Source: Terriglobia bacterium
GTDB taxonomy: Bacteria; Acidobacteriota; Terriglobia; Acidiferrales; UBA7541
Length of the DNA: 64,000 nt
Direction: 5' to 3'
NCBI GenBank assembly: GCA_963695545.1
Contig: OY968796.1
Coordinates: forward strand, 512,001-576,000
Below, in pieces: positions 19,004 through 29,687 of this stretch. Position numbers and translations under genes: made by a program. How positions within the stretch are numbered: the stretch's first letter is position 1; every line of letters starts with the position of its first letter. The notes under the pieces were generated by a model that searched no databases, was not told the origin of the DNA, and saw only the letters and a list, made by a program, of their open reading frames with translations.

Positions 19004-20332
19004 ATGGCATCGAGTGAAACAGGATCGCGGCCACTTTTTCCGTCGGGCAATCTATTTCCATTCTTCCTGGTTACGGCGCTTTTCTTTCTGTGGGGCATTC
19101 CCAACAATCTGAACGACGTTTTGATCCGGCAGTTCATGAAGTCGTTCGCGATCTCGCGATTCGAGGCAGGACTGATCCAGTTTGCGTTTTATTTGGGGTA
19201 TTTCGTGCTGGCGATTCCGGCCGGCCTATTGATGCGCAAGCTGGGGTACAAGGCGGGGTTCATCACCGGCCTGATTCTTTTTGGGTCGGGCTGTCTGCTG
19301 TTCTGGCCGGCGGCGCTGGCGGGACGTTATTCATATTTCCTTCTTGCGTTGTTCGTGATCGCCAGCGGACTTTCGTTTCTTGAGACCGGCTCGAATCCGT
19401 TCATCGCGCAGTGCGGCGATCCCGAGACTTCCGAGCGCCGCTTGAACTTTTCGCAGGCGTTCAATCCGATCGGCTCGATCACCGGAGTGCTGGTCGGAAC
19501 GATTTTCATTTTCTCCGGCGTGGAGCTGAACCCGCACCAGATCGCGGCGATGCAGGCCGCGCACACCTACGATGCCTATCTGAGGGTTGAGACGCTGCGC
19601 GTGATTCGCCCTTACGTGGTGCTGGGACTAGTGGTGCTCGCGTGGGCTGTGCTCATCGCGCGCACGAAATTTCCCGCCGTTGCCGGTGAGGCCGAATCGG
19701 ACGGCGGAGATCGAGGAAACGCTCGAGACCTGCTCCATCAACCGCATTTCCTTCTGGCGGTGGTGGCGCAATTTCTCTACGTGGGTGCGCAAGTCGGCAC
19801 GTGGAGTTATTTCATCCCCTACGTTCAGGACTACACGCACGAGCCGGAAAAAGTGGCGGGATATTTTTTGACGGGCACACTGGTGGCGTTCGGCGTGGGA
19901 AGATTCGCATCGTCGTACCTGATGAAGTTCATTTCGCCCAAGACTTTGATGGGAACGTACAGCCTGATCAATGTTGCCCTGGTGAGCGTGGGAGTGTTTC
20001 GACCGGGATGGACGGGGCTGTGGGCGATTTTTCTCACGAGCTTTTTTATGTCGCTGATGTTCCCGACGATTTTCGCGTTGGGATTGAAAGGGTTGGGAGC
20101 GAACACCAAGATCGCGGGCTCGCTGCTGGTGATGTCCATCATCGGAGGAGCGATTTTTCCGCCGGCCATCGGACTGATATCGGAGAAATTATCGAGCATG
20201 GCGCTGGCCTATGGGCTGCTATTGCCGGCCTACGCGTTCATTGCGTACTACGCTCTGCTCGGTTCCAAAGTGCGCTTGAGCGGGGAGGATTGGAAACGAG
20301 CAGAGACCATCGGGATCGGCGGAGAGGTCTAG
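19004..20332 (+). CDS. fucP: L-fucose:H+ symporter (MFS)
   Basis: LFFLWG..NNLND, FLETGSNP, RRLNFSQAFN, FLYVGAQV, FMSLMFPTIF. Confidence 0.9.
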   Translation: MASSETGSRPLFPSGNLFPFFLVTALFFLWGIPNNLNDVLIRQFMKSFAISRFEAGLIQFAFYLGYFVLAIPAGLLMRKLGYKAGFITGLILFGSGCLLFWPAALAGRYSYFLLALFVIASGLSFLETGSNPFIAQCGDPETSERRLNFSQAFNPIGSITGVLVGTIFIFSGVELNPHQIAAMQAAHTYDAYLRVETLRVIRPYVVLGLVVLAWAVLIARTKFPAVAGEAESDGGDRGNARDLLHQPHFLLAVVAQFLYVGAQVGTWSYFIPYVQDYTHEPEKVAGYFLTGTLVAFGVGRFASSYLMKFISPKTLMGTYSLINVALVSVGVFRPGWTGLWAIFLTSFFMSLMFPTIFALGLKGLGANTKIAGSLLVMSIIGGAIFPPAIGLISEKLSSMALAYGLLLPAYAFIAYYALLGSKVRLSGEDWKRAETIGIGGEV

Positions 20333-20445
20333 GCCGGCGCACCGCATTCCATCCAGTTCGTGGAAGCACGCAGAGAATTCGATCGGTTGGAAAATTCAGC
20401 TGGAAAAAGTTGAACAATTTTTAGCGAGGGGAGCGAAAAATCGCC

Positions 20446-21885
20446 ATGAAATCAAAGAAGATGACACGACGCGATTGGATGATTCGCACAGCATCGGGCG
20501 TGGCGGCCGGGGCCGTTTCTTTGCCGGCGCTGACGGCGGCGGCACGGCAGACGGCGGCGACGCCGCAGAGCGCGCCAGGAACTGCCGGTCAATTGCATCA
20601 GCTGGCGACGGGGGCAGGAGCGCAGCAGGCCGCTCCGGCAGGGCCGCCGACGGCGCAGGACCTGAACCGCGACGCGCGGATGAAGTGGTGGCACGAAGCG
20701 CAATTCGGAATGTTCATTCACTGGGGCTTGTACAGCCAGATCGGGCGGCAAGAATGGATTCTGGAGAACGAGGCGATTCCGATGCTGGAATACGAGCCGC
20801 TGGCGAAGACATTCAAGCCGCGGCCCAACATGGCGCAGCAGTGGGCGCGCGTGGCGCGCGACACAGGCATGAAATATATGGTGCTGACGACCAAACACCA
20901 TGAAGGCTTTTGCAATTTTGACAGCAAGCTCACAAATTACAACGCCATGCAGCAGGGGCCGGGGCGCGATCTGGTGGCCGAATATGTGGCCGCGGCGCGC
21001 GCGGAAGGAATGCGTGTGGGTTTTTACTACTCGTTGATGGATTGGCACCATCCCGACGGAGCCAACTGTTTGACGGATCCAGCGGCGCGCGATCGATTTG
21101 TGACCTACACGCATGGGTTGATCAAAGAGCTGATGAGCAATTATGGAAAAATCGATGTGCTTTGGTACGACGTGGATTGGCCGCTGGACGCGGAGGGCTG
21201 GCAATCCGTGAAGATAAACGAAATGGTGTTCGGCCTGCAGCCGGACATCATCGTGAACAATCGCAACGGCATACCGGGCGATTTTTCGACGCCCGAGCAA
21301 ACCATCCGCGCCGAAACCGGCGGGCGCGCGTGGGAAAGTTGCATGACGCTCAACGACAGTTGGGGCTACTCGCGCGCCGACAATAACTGGAAATCGCCGA
21401 CGACCGTGCTCCGGAACTTGATCACGTGCGCGCGCGACGGTGGAAACTACCTGCTGAATATCGGGCCGCGGCCGGACGGCGCGGTTCCCGAAGATTCGGT
21501 GCACGTGCTCGAGCAGGTGGGCCAGTGGTTGGCCCGCAACCGCGACACGGTGATCGCCACGGACCTGTGCCAGCCGCGCCACTCGAATTACGCTTCGTTC
21601 ACGCGCAAGGGCAACACGCTGTACATGCACGTGCATGCATGGCCGGGCGACTACGTGGCGATTTCCGGACTCACGGTTAGCGTGAAATCCGCGCGCATGC
21701 ACGCGAGCGGTGAATCGGTGGCGTTCACTCAGGATAAATTCCGCACGAAACTTACGGGATTGCCGGAAGAAGCGCCGGATTATCCGCTGACGACCATCGA
21801 GATCGAGTGCGACGACGTGCCCATGCAAGACACGCTGATGGTGCGCAAGGACAAGCCGCGCGACGGCGTTGGGTACAACGGATAG
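20446..21885 (+). CDS. Alpha-L-fucosidase, GH29, Tat-exported
   Basis: MTRRDW twin-Arg leader; FGMFIHWGLYS, TTKHHEGF, YYSLMDW, LWYD, LLNIGP. Confidence 0.92.
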   Translation: MKSKKMTRRDWMIRTASGVAAGAVSLPALTAAARQTAATPQSAPGTAGQLHQLATGAGAQQAAPAGPPTAQDLNRDARMKWWHEAQFGMFIHWGLYSQIGRQEWILENEAIPMLEYEPLAKTFKPRPNMAQQWARVARDTGMKYMVLTTKHHEGFCNFDSKLTNYNAMQQGPGRDLVAEYVAAARAEGMRVGFYYSLMDWHHPDGANCLTDPAARDRFVTYTHGLIKELMSNYGKIDVLWYDVDWPLDAEGWQSVKINEMVFGLQPDIIVNNRNGIPGDFSTPEQTIRAETGGRAWESCMTLNDSWGYSRADNNWKSPTTVLRNLITCARDGGNYLLNIGPRPDGAVPEDSVHVLEQVGQWLARNRDTVIATDLCQPRHSNYASFTRKGNTLYMHVHAWPGDYVAISGLTVSVKSARMHASGESVAFTQDKFRTKLTGLPEEAPDYPLTTIEIECDDVPMQDTLMVRKDKPRDGVGYNG

Positions 21886-21930
21886 CGTTCGTGCGAGGGC
21901 CGCAGCTGCGCGACAACTGCTATTCGCGGG

Positions 21931-22191
21931 CTACGCGGAAGTGATTTCGACTTCGACGGGGAGGCCTTCGCCCTTTCCACGCTGCGTAAGCCAGGCTGAA
22001 AATGCCTGAGCGAGACGCGCGCGGTCGACGCGCAGGCCGGCTTCGATTCGGCCGTCGGCGACGGGCAGCGTGTCGTCAAATTCGGCCGAGCCGGTGAAAT
22101 TGCGCATGAAGAAAGCGTCCAGCCATTCGAGCGGGCAGGCGCGGCGCTCACCGGCGATCACGATATCAACCTTCAGTTTTTGCGCGTACAT
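21931..22191 (-). CDS. Hypothetical protein
   Basis: Fills the gap between genes; TG-C-TATACT -10 shortly upstream. Confidence 0.65.
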   Translation of the reverse strand: MYAQKLKVDIVIAGERRACPLEWLDAFFMRNFTGSAEFDDTLPVADGRIEAGLRVDRARLAQAFSAWLTQRGKGEGLPVEVEITSA

Positions 22192-22224
22192 TTCGCGGCG
22201 AGTATAGCACTCGCCCGTGCGCGG

Positions 22225-22818
22225 CTAGTGCTTCTCGGCGATATCCACGGAGACGCGCGTCGACGCCCAATCGAGACGCAGCGTGCAGCCGGTGGCGGTC
22301 CCATCGAGGCCGATCGTGAAATCTTCAAGCGGCGCAGGAGGCGATGGCAGCGCGGAGATTTGCATATCCACGCGAGCGAAATCGAAACTCGCGCCGGGAT
22401 AGGGAATTCCCCACTCGCCGGTTTTCTTGCTGATGATCAATTTCCAACTGTCCGCGTTCGGCAAGGCGAACAGCGTGTAGCTGCCGGCGGGAACGAGCGT
22501 GCCGCCGACGACGAGATCCGTATCGGTGACGAAAGTTGTGGCTTCGTTTGCGCCGACGCGCCACTCCGTTCCGTAGGGCACGAGGCCGCCATAGATCGCG
22601 CGGCCTCTCATGCGCGGGCTCGAATAATCGATGGTGAGCATTTTGCCGTCGGGGAATTTGTATTCCACATGCGCCGGCGGACTGGGGCGCTTGCTCTTAT
22701 CTTCCGGCGGCTTGTTAGTCTGGTCCTGCGGGGTCATGTTCTCCTGGCTGTGCGCCGACGCGGCGAGCACGGAGAAACAAGCGACCAGCAACGTGGCGTA
22801 AATCGCAAATTTTCGCAT
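22225..22818 (-). CDS. DUF2911-type secreted protein
   Basis: Signal peptide; RPSPPA, IDYSSP..RGR.IYGGLVPYG..WRVGANEAT; AGGAGG SD. Confidence 0.85.
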   Translation of the reverse strand: MRKFAIYATLLVACFSVLAASAHSQENMTPQDQTNKPPEDKSKRPSPPAHVEYKFPDGKMLTIDYSSPRMRGRAIYGGLVPYGTEWRVGANEATTFVTDTDLVVGGTLVPAGSYTLFALPNADSWKLIISKKTGEWGIPYPGASFDFARVDMQISALPSPPAPLEDFTIGLDGTATGCTLRLDWASTRVSVDIAEKH

Positions 22819-22889
22819 TTCAATTCCTCCTGATGGACTCCCTTGGAAGTATACGCGCGCTTCGGGCGCTCGGCATATCGCTGCGCGAA

Positions 22890-23132
22890 TCAGAGATCGG
22901 ACGCGATGTCGGCGTCGATCGAAACGTGCGTATTGTCGAAACCGTTGATGCTGTATGCGGCTCCTTCGGCGCGCGAGAAATGGAAATAGCGGCTGATATT
23001 GTAATCCTCATCGAACGAGCCGAAGACGCGCTCGGTTTCTCCGCGATCGAAGCCGAACGCGGCGAGAGCGACGGGGCGGCCGTAGCCGCCGCCGAGAGAA
23101 ACGTATTTTTCGACGAGTTCTTTGAGTTGCAT
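22890..23132 (-). CDS. Hypothetical protein
   Basis: Compact ORF in the minus-strand gene string; start 23132 or 23147. Confidence 0.65.
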   Translation of the reverse strand: MQLKELVEKYVSLGGGYGRPVALAAFGFDRGETERVFGSFDEDYNISRYFHFSRAEGAAYSINGFDNTHVSIDADIASDL

Positions 23133-23137
23133 GATTT

Positions 23138-23761
23138 CTAGATCCAAACGTACGCGCCGGAATCGCCGTATGGCGCGTTCAAATAGAAAAGATTGGCATC
23201 GGGCAATGCGCCGAGCGCGCGGCAGAGACGATCGGTGCCGTGCGCTGCGCAGAGCAATTCGCCGGGCGCTTCAGCGATGCGCTCGACGTGGTCGAGGCTT
23301 TCGACATCGCGCCGGGAGAACCAGAGCCACTTGGCGGGAGCGGCGCATACTTCGCAATCGCCGGCGAGGCGGCTGAGCCTCGATTCGATGGCCTGGGAGA
23401 CTTGCGATTCAAGTCCGGCGGCGGCGAAATCCTGCGCGGCGAGAAAAAAATATTGCGAGACGCTCGAGCTATCGGGCTCAAACGCAGCGACGCGGCCGCG
23501 ATAGTGCTCAAGCTCCGGTCCGAGCAAACCGAAAAGACACGCGCGGCACAGCGAAACTTCGGGGCGCCGCTGGCCCGGTTGCCTCGCGGCTTTTTTGCCG
23601 CGCAGATAGAGCGTGTCCGGCGCGAAGCCGGCCATCCAATCCTGCTGAGTTTCAAGATGCACGCATTCGGGAGGAACGCGCATGAGTCGCGCGAACCAAC
23701 TGCGCGTGCGCGGTCGAAATTCGATGCCGGGATAGGCTTGTTCAAGACGGATGCGAGACAT
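23138..23761 (-). CDS. Hypothetical protein with several Cys/His pairs
   Basis: CVH, CRAC, CEVC, CAAH motifs. Confidence 0.65.
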   Translation of the reverse strand: MSRIRLEQAYPGIEFRPRTRSWFARLMRVPPECVHLETQQDWMAGFAPDTLYLRGKKAARQPGQRRPEVSLCRACLFGLLGPELEHYRGRVAAFEPDSSSVSQYFFLAAQDFAAAGLESQVSQAIESRLSRLAGDCEVCAAPAKWLWFSRRDVESLDHVERIAEAPGELLCAAHGTDRLCRALGALPDANLFYLNAPYGDSGAYVWI

Positions 23762-23953
23762 GATCGCGCCGATCGTTCGAGTCCGAACGCGGAAACTGCA
23801 TCGTAGCAGATTGCGGCGCGGCGGCGCGCAAAATCCGTTATCATGAAATTGCGGGCTTCAAGCGGAGTCCGCACCGGAATTTTCGGGGCGCGCAGGCGCA
23901 ATTTCGCGGCGCGGCTCCGATTTTTATTCGCCCACTTCTCGAGGAGGAACGTC

Positions 23954-24412
23954 ATGGCACTGGCCGTCGGGCAACCCGCACCGGAATTCACCTTGAAGGA
24001 TCAATCGCAAAAGGAAGTGAAGCTCGCGGATTTCAAAGGCAAGAATGTGGTGATCATTTTTTATCCGCTGGATTGGAGCCCAACCTGCACGAATGAGCAC
24101 GCCTGCTTCGTGAGCGATTTGAAACTGTTTCAGAACCTTGACGCGCAAGTGCTCGGACTGAGCGTGGACAGCGTGTGGTCGCACAAGGCGTTCGCGGAAA
24201 AAATGGGAATCACATATCCGCTGCTGGCGGATTTCAATCCGCGGGGCGCGGTGGGCGAAAAGTTCGGCGTGTTTCACGCGGATAAAGGCATCACAGGGCG
24301 CGCCATCGCGATCGTCAACAAATCGGGAACGCTGGCGTGGTTCAAACAGTACGATTTTGGGACAGTGCCGGACGTGAAAGAAGTGACTGTGGCGCTGGGG
24401 AACGCGAACTAG
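23954..24412 (+). CDS. Peroxiredoxin (AhpC/TSA redoxin)
   Basis: VGQPAPEFTL, FYPLDWSPTC, GLSVDS, YPLLADF; GAGGAGG SD. Confidence 0.9.
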   Translation: MALAVGQPAPEFTLKDQSQKEVKLADFKGKNVVIIFYPLDWSPTCTNEHACFVSDLKLFQNLDAQVLGLSVDSVWSHKAFAEKMGITYPLLADFNPRGAVGEKFGVFHADKGITGRAIAIVNKSGTLAWFKQYDFGTVPDVKEVTVALGNAN

Positions 24413-24520
24413 CAGCCTCGGCGGCGGGCGGGAGAAGCGCCCAGTCCGCATCGCTGGAGATTAAAGCGAACAGAATCCGGCGCAGTTCGCATCAAATGAG
24501 GGCTCGGAGGAACCGAACAA

Positions 24521-24826
24521 ATGTCGAATCCACCTGCCGTACAGCAACCGCAAGTGCAAATCAAGGCCGACGAAAAAGATTTGGTCGGCCAGTACAGCAA
24601 CCTTGTGATGCTCTACCATAATGGCGAGGAATTCGCGCTGCACTTCATTTACATCTTTCCGAACGCGCCGCAGGGCAAGCTCGTCGCGGGATTGCTCGTG
24701 AGCCCGGGACACGCCAAGCGGCTCTGGCGGGCGCTGGGCGAAAATCTCACCAAGTACGAGGCGCAATACGGACCGATCCGCGAGATTCCGGAAGGACCGC
24801 CGCCGAAGGTTGGATTCGTGCAATAG
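24521..24826 (+). CDS. DUF3467-like protein
   Basis: GQYSN...EEFALHF...SPGHAKRL...L.ENL..YE..YGPI pattern. Confidence 0.75.
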   Translation: MSNPPAVQQPQVQIKADEKDLVGQYSNLVMLYHNGEEFALHFIYIFPNAPQGKLVAGLLVSPGHAKRLWRALGENLTKYEAQYGPIREIPEGPPPKVGFVQ

Positions 24827-24928
24827 GTGCGGCGCGCAGGCCACCTGTCCTAAAGTACAGTTTGGTCGCGGCAACGACTGTCCGGCGTGACAGGCGCGAC
24901 GCGGGCCGCGCCGTGCTAGATTAATTTT

Positions 24929-25480
24929 ATGCAAGCCGCGTGCTCACATTGCGGAACGCTGCACCGGCTGAACGACGCTCAGATTGGCGATCTGCGGCGG
25001 GTGCAGTTCAAGTGCACACAATGCGGGAAGCCCACGCTGGTCGAGCTCGAACGCCGGCCAGAGAGCACGCAGGTGGTTTCGCCGCTGCCGGCATTCGCGC
25101 GCGGAGCAGGAGCGCCGCGGCGCATCAGCGCCTACGAAGAAGCCGATAGCGACGTGCGCTTGCCGCCCGGCAAAGCCATCGCGATCACCGTGATCGGCGG
25201 ACCTTCGCGCGGCGGCGTTTTTCCACTCGAAAAACCACGAATCATTCTTGGGCGCGCGGGCACGGACGTGCCGCTGGACGACGCGGGAGTCTCGCGGCGG
25301 CACTGCATGATCGAAGTGCGCGGCGACGTGGTGCGGCTGTGCGATCTTGATTCGACCAACGGAACATTTTTCGGCGAAGAGCGCATTCGCGCGGCGCAAC
25401 TGCGGCACATGTCGGAATTCCGCATGGGCTCGAGCGTTTTGTTGCTGACGATTCGCTCGCGCGTCGACCCCGACTTTTAA
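24929..25480 (+). CDS. Zinc-ribbon plus FHA domain protein
   Basis: CSHC...CTQC; LGR, VSRRH, DLDSTNGT FHA motifs; TG-C-TAGATT 6 nt before ATG. Confidence 0.88.
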   Translation: MQAACSHCGTLHRLNDAQIGDLRRVQFKCTQCGKPTLVELERRPESTQVVSPLPAFARGAGAPRRISAYEEADSDVRLPPGKAIAITVIGGPSRGGVFPLEKPRIILGRAGTDVPLDDAGVSRRHCMIEVRGDVVRLCDLDSTNGTFFGEERIRAAQLRHMSEFRMGSSVLLLTIRSRVDPDF

Positions 25481-25582
25481 TACCGCGCCCACTGCGCGCG
25501 GAATTCCCGCCGCGAATTTCCCTCCATGCTGCGGTGCGAACATAGCCGCCTGAGATTCGTGCTACTGTAGCTGGCGATCGTC

Positions 25583-26371
25583 ATGCCGGCCGTTTCCGCC
25601 ATCCTGATCGCGCGCAACGAAGAATCCGAGTTGCCGCGAGCGCTCGAATCGCTCGAAGGCGTGGCGGACGAAATCGTGTTGGTGGATTCGGGCAGCACCG
25701 ACCGCACCGCGGAAATCGCTCGCGCGGCGGGCGCGCGGGTTTTCGCGCGCCCTTTCGCGAACTTCGCCGATCAGAAAAATTACGCCGCCGCGCAAGCTTC
25801 AAACGACTGGGTGTTTTCGCTCGATTGCGATGAAGCGCTTACGCCGGAGCTGCGCGCTTCGCTGCTCGCCTGGAAGCTTGAAACTCCCGTGCGATCGGGC
25901 TACGAAATCGAGCGCATGACGAATTATCTGGGCGGATGGATACGCCATTCGGGGTGGTATCCGGACCCCATCGTGCGGCTCTACCATCGCGGGCATGGTC
26001 AATTTGTGGGAGCGATTCACGAAAGCGTGCGGCTCGATGGGCCCGCGGGGCGCCTTTACGGTCTTCTGCATCATTACAACGTTGGCACCTACGAAGAACA
26101 TCTCGCGAAGATCGATGCGTTCACGACCATCGCCGCGGCCGAACTCCACGAACGCGGGCGGCAGCGCTGGCGCTCAGGAATGTACGTCGCCGCGCCATGG
26201 ACTTTTTTTCAGCGCCTGGTGCTGCAGCTCGGGTTTCTCGATGGGCGGCGCGGCTGGATGATCGCGCGGACTTCGGCTCAGTATGTGTGGCTGAAGTATC
26301 GAAAGCTGGGGGCGCTGGTGCGCGCGAACGGCGCGCGGGAGCAAGCTAGACCGGAAACGAAGACCGGCTAA
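25583..26371 (+). CDS. GT2 glycosyltransferase (WaaE/KdtX-like)
   Basis: ARNEE, VDSGSTDRT, LDCDE, GWYPD, LGFLDG. Confidence 0.88.
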   Translation: MPAVSAILIARNEESELPRALESLEGVADEIVLVDSGSTDRTAEIARAAGARVFARPFANFADQKNYAAAQASNDWVFSLDCDEALTPELRASLLAWKLETPVRSGYEIERMTNYLGGWIRHSGWYPDPIVRLYHRGHGQFVGAIHESVRLDGPAGRLYGLLHHYNVGTYEEHLAKIDAFTTIAAAELHERGRQRWRSGMYVAAPWTFFQRLVLQLGFLDGRRGWMIARTSAQYVWLKYRKLGALVRANGAREQARPETKTG

Positions 26372-26389
26372 CGCGGAAGCGGATTTCTG

Positions 26390-28768
26390 CTACGGTGAGA
26401 CCTGAAGTGTGGTGGTAGAACCCTGGTAGGTGCTGTCTCCGCCATAAGTAGCCACAACTGAAGTGGCGCCGACGGGCAATTGCGTCACGGCAATAACTCC
26501 AGTGCCGTTCGGGGCAAGCGTGGCCGTGCCGAGCTGTTGACCGTTCGCGGTGAGCGCGACCGTTCCGGTCGGCGTCGTGGTGCCCGAATTGCCGAGCACA
26601 AGGACCGTGAACACGGTGTTGGAGGCGGAGCTGGAAAGAGTCGTGACGGTTGCGACGAGCGCCGCCGCCACCGTCACGGAACTCGTGGCGGACGCGGAGA
26701 GCGCATTGTTGTCGTCGCCGTTGTAAATCGCTTCCACTTTGTCCGCGCCCGTCGGCAAGCTCGTGGTCGTCAAGCTGGCATCTCCGTTGCCATCGAGAGC
26801 GCCTTCGCCCAGGACGACGGAGTCCGAGAGGAATGTTACGTCGCCGGTCGGCGTGGATTGACCCGTCACATGCGCCGACAGCGTGACCGGCGAACCCTGG
26901 CGTTGCGTGGAATCGGGCGCGGTCAACGTGGTGGTGGTTTGCGCCTTGCCGTTAAATACCGAATCCAAAAATCCGATTCGCAGACCGAGCCAACTCGTAA
27001 GATAAGCGACTTCGCCGTCATAACTCCCCGCCGCCTGTGAGTCGGGCCAAACTTTGATTCCCTGCATCGGCCAACGCGCGTCGTTATTGGCTTGCGACTG
27101 TTCGAGCGTGACGGCTTCCTGATTGATGGAGGCAAGCCAGGCCGTGAGCACCCCGTTGTTTTTGAGAGCGTTCCACTGCGTGGTGACGTCCGCCTTGAAG
27201 TCAGGGTCTTTGAACCATTGCGGGTACCAGGGATTCTGCGTCTGCATCCAGAGAACCGTTGGGTTCACGATGGGCGTTGCGGCGGCGTTACCGGAACTGT
27301 AGTCAAAATCCCAAACCGGGCCCATATAGAGCAGCGGATTGTCGATGTTCTTATAAAGATAGTCGCTGCTGAAAAATATGCCGCCATCGACGTTCCCCAT
27401 CAGCTCATTGACGATGTAGAAGTTGACGGCGGAAGCTTCGTCGAAATAGCCGCGCCAGCCGAGCGTTGGATCCGTAAAGTTAGCAGCAAAAAGAGCGGTT
27501 TCCGCGGTGTCCACGTAGTTGGAAATGTAGGACGTTTGCTGAGGCACTTCCGGATCGGGAGTGAAATCCGGATCCTGTAGCCCGATGGGTATGTTGTGCG
27601 GCGTAAAGAATACAAAGGCCTCGTCTTCATAGTGATCGATTTCCATGAAATAGCCGCCGGTGATGTCGTCGGTGATATCGGTTTCCGCGAGTTCATTGAT
27701 ATTGATCCGGTGGCTATCGACGTTGACCTTCTCGATGAGCTGATAGTTGCCCTCATAAACGCCGTTCAGATACAGCTCGACAAAAAGCGAATGCGCCGCC
27801 CACGGCATGAGCGTGGATGTGCCGCTGGGAGTGGGCGAGTCGGCGGGAGAATTAAGATAACCGTTGCCGATGGGAATGCTGTTGGCCAGCGCGGACGCGG
27901 ACCAATCGCGCAGCAGAGTCTTGTCGTCGTAGTTCGCCAGCAAGACTTAGGTCTTGCTCTTGTCGCAGGTCGGCTTCGCTTTCGTTCCGGTCACATAGGG
28001 ACACGTAAGACCCATGGTGTTGAGCAGATCCAGGCTCGTGTTCAGTTTGAATTCGTAAGCGAGTTTCGGCATGTAGGCTGTGGAATGGCCGTGCACGTGG
28101 AACACGGCAGTGTCGTCCGTGTCGCTAGCGTTGGGGAGATAAGAAGTTTGGCCGTTGGCGGACGTAATCGTGATGGTGCCGGGGATATCGACCGTTTTGC
28201 TGACGATCGGTTGACCGCTTGTGTTGATTGTCGCGATGGGCAGATTGATTTCACTGGCGGCGGGCGCAAACGAAGGATTTGATAGCGAAACCGTCAGGGC
28301 CAGCGGACTCGAGATCTCGGCCACGCCTTCGACTCCTAGAACCGTCACGGAACTTGTGGCGCTGTTAACTTCCGGAGCGGCAGGAGGGTTCGTGTAAAAA
28401 AAAGCCGCCTGGTCGGCGGAGACCGAGGCGCTGAGGTTGATTGTTCCCGAACCATTGCCGGTCACCGTCAATGGGGAGACGCTGATGCCGGAAGGCAGTC
28501 CTGTCAGCGTGATGTTGGTCGGGCCGGTGTACGTGCTGCCCGCCACAGTAACATTGACGGGGACGTTCTGCTCGCCGGGGTAGATCGTGATCGCATTTGG
28601 CGTGGCCGTCACGGTTCCGGAGCCAACACCGATCTGGGTACCGGCCGGAGGGGGAGCTGCAGGTGGGGATGAGTTACCGGACGAGGCGCATCCAACCAAA
28701 ACTGGGGCCGCAAGAAGTGGCAGCCACCGCAGAACCTTGAGGGCCGAAACAAAGTGTGACCGGTTCAT
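26390..28768 (-). pseudogene. CotH-kinase-like lipoprotein with C-terminal Ig-like domains, interrupted by one in-frame TAA at 27949-27947
   Basis: Both ORFs share a frame (KSKT*VLLANYDDKTLLRD); lipobox LVGC; VHGHST..MPK, VELYLNG.YEG.Y, MGPVWDFD; two Ig-like repeats. Confidence 0.8.
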
Positions 28769-28935
28769 GGTGCTCAAGATTTCAGCTATGAATTATGAGG
28801 ACGCGCGAAATTCTACACCAATCTAGCGTCCATTGCATTGGCTGAATTGGACTCCGCCGAAGCGTCCGGCGGCAGGTTCCATGGAATTCCGCGTGCCCGG
28901 GGATGCCTGCGCAATATTTAAGCGTGAAATGTGCG

Positions 28936-29196
28936 CTACAGAACGATGTGCGTGTCGGTTCGCTCGATGCCTTCGATGGCCTGAATTTTTTCCATCACCA
29001 AATCGTCAAGCTCCGGCTGCGTTTCCACTTCGGCGTACGCGATAACGTCCGGCACGCCCCAGCAAGGTTGGGCGGTCAGCACTCCGGGGAGTTGCGTCAA
29101 TTCGTGAGCGATCGCTTTGGAACGGCCCGCGCGCGTGTGGATCAGTATGTAGGCGCGAATCGTGCGCTTGCGAGGCTGCTGCATGAAGACCCCCAC
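28936..29196 (-). CDS. Stand-alone Lrp/AsnC ligand-binding domain protein
   Basis: RAYILI...PDVIA...KIQAIEGIERTDT; no HTH. Start approximate. Confidence 0.8.
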   Translation of the reverse strand: MGVFMQQPRKRTIRAYILIHTRAGRSKAIAHELTQLPGVLTAQPCWGVPDVIAYAEVETQPELDDLVMEKIQAIEGIERTDTHIVL

Positions 29197-29320
29197 TGCT
29201 GCTAACGCATGTTAACCGGAAACGCCCTAAAAACCGAAACGCCGGCCGTCCCGGGTTCTCGGGAGGGCCAGCGTTTTGGCAACTGTTTGCGCCAGTTTTT
29301 TTTGCCTTCGCGAGTTCCTC

Positions 29321-29656
29321 CTATCCGTGCAGAGATTTTCCAGTTGCGGACGAGCCGCCGACGACCCAGCGCCCCGTTTGCTCCAGGAATTCGAGTCCTA
29401 CGGCGTAGCCCTGCCCAGAGAGCGGCTGGCAATACGCCACGCGCGCCCGGGCGCGAAACGTTCCGGGCAGCGAGACAAAATCGAGATCTTCATTGGCCCG
29501 CCAACGCCGCACGCTGACGACGCGCACGCCGCGCGGACTGACGTTTTCGGTGAACGCCGTTTCGGTGCCCGGCGTTTCGGAATTGCCGCAAAGATGAACG
29601 GCCAGCATCATCGGAATCCTTTTTTCCCAACGCCCGAGTTCAAACGGTCTGACCAC
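29321..29656 (-). CDS. PilZ-domain protein
   Basis: RWEKR (RxxxR), NVSPRG, RARVAYC, VGLEF. Confidence 0.78.
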   Translation of the reverse strand: MVRPFELGRWEKRIPMMLAVHLCGNSETPGTETAFTENVSPRGVRVVSVRRWRANEDLDFVSLPGTFRARARVAYCQPLSGQGYAVGLEFLEQTGRWVVGGSSATGKSLHG

Positions 29657-29687
29657 GTAGGCCTCGCTTCAAAATTTCGGTGACAAC

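Noticed and set aside
27947..27949. Selenocysteine or pyrrolysine recoding in the CotH-like gene
   Set aside because: The codon is TAA, not TGA or TAG, and the position is not expected to be Cys or Lys.
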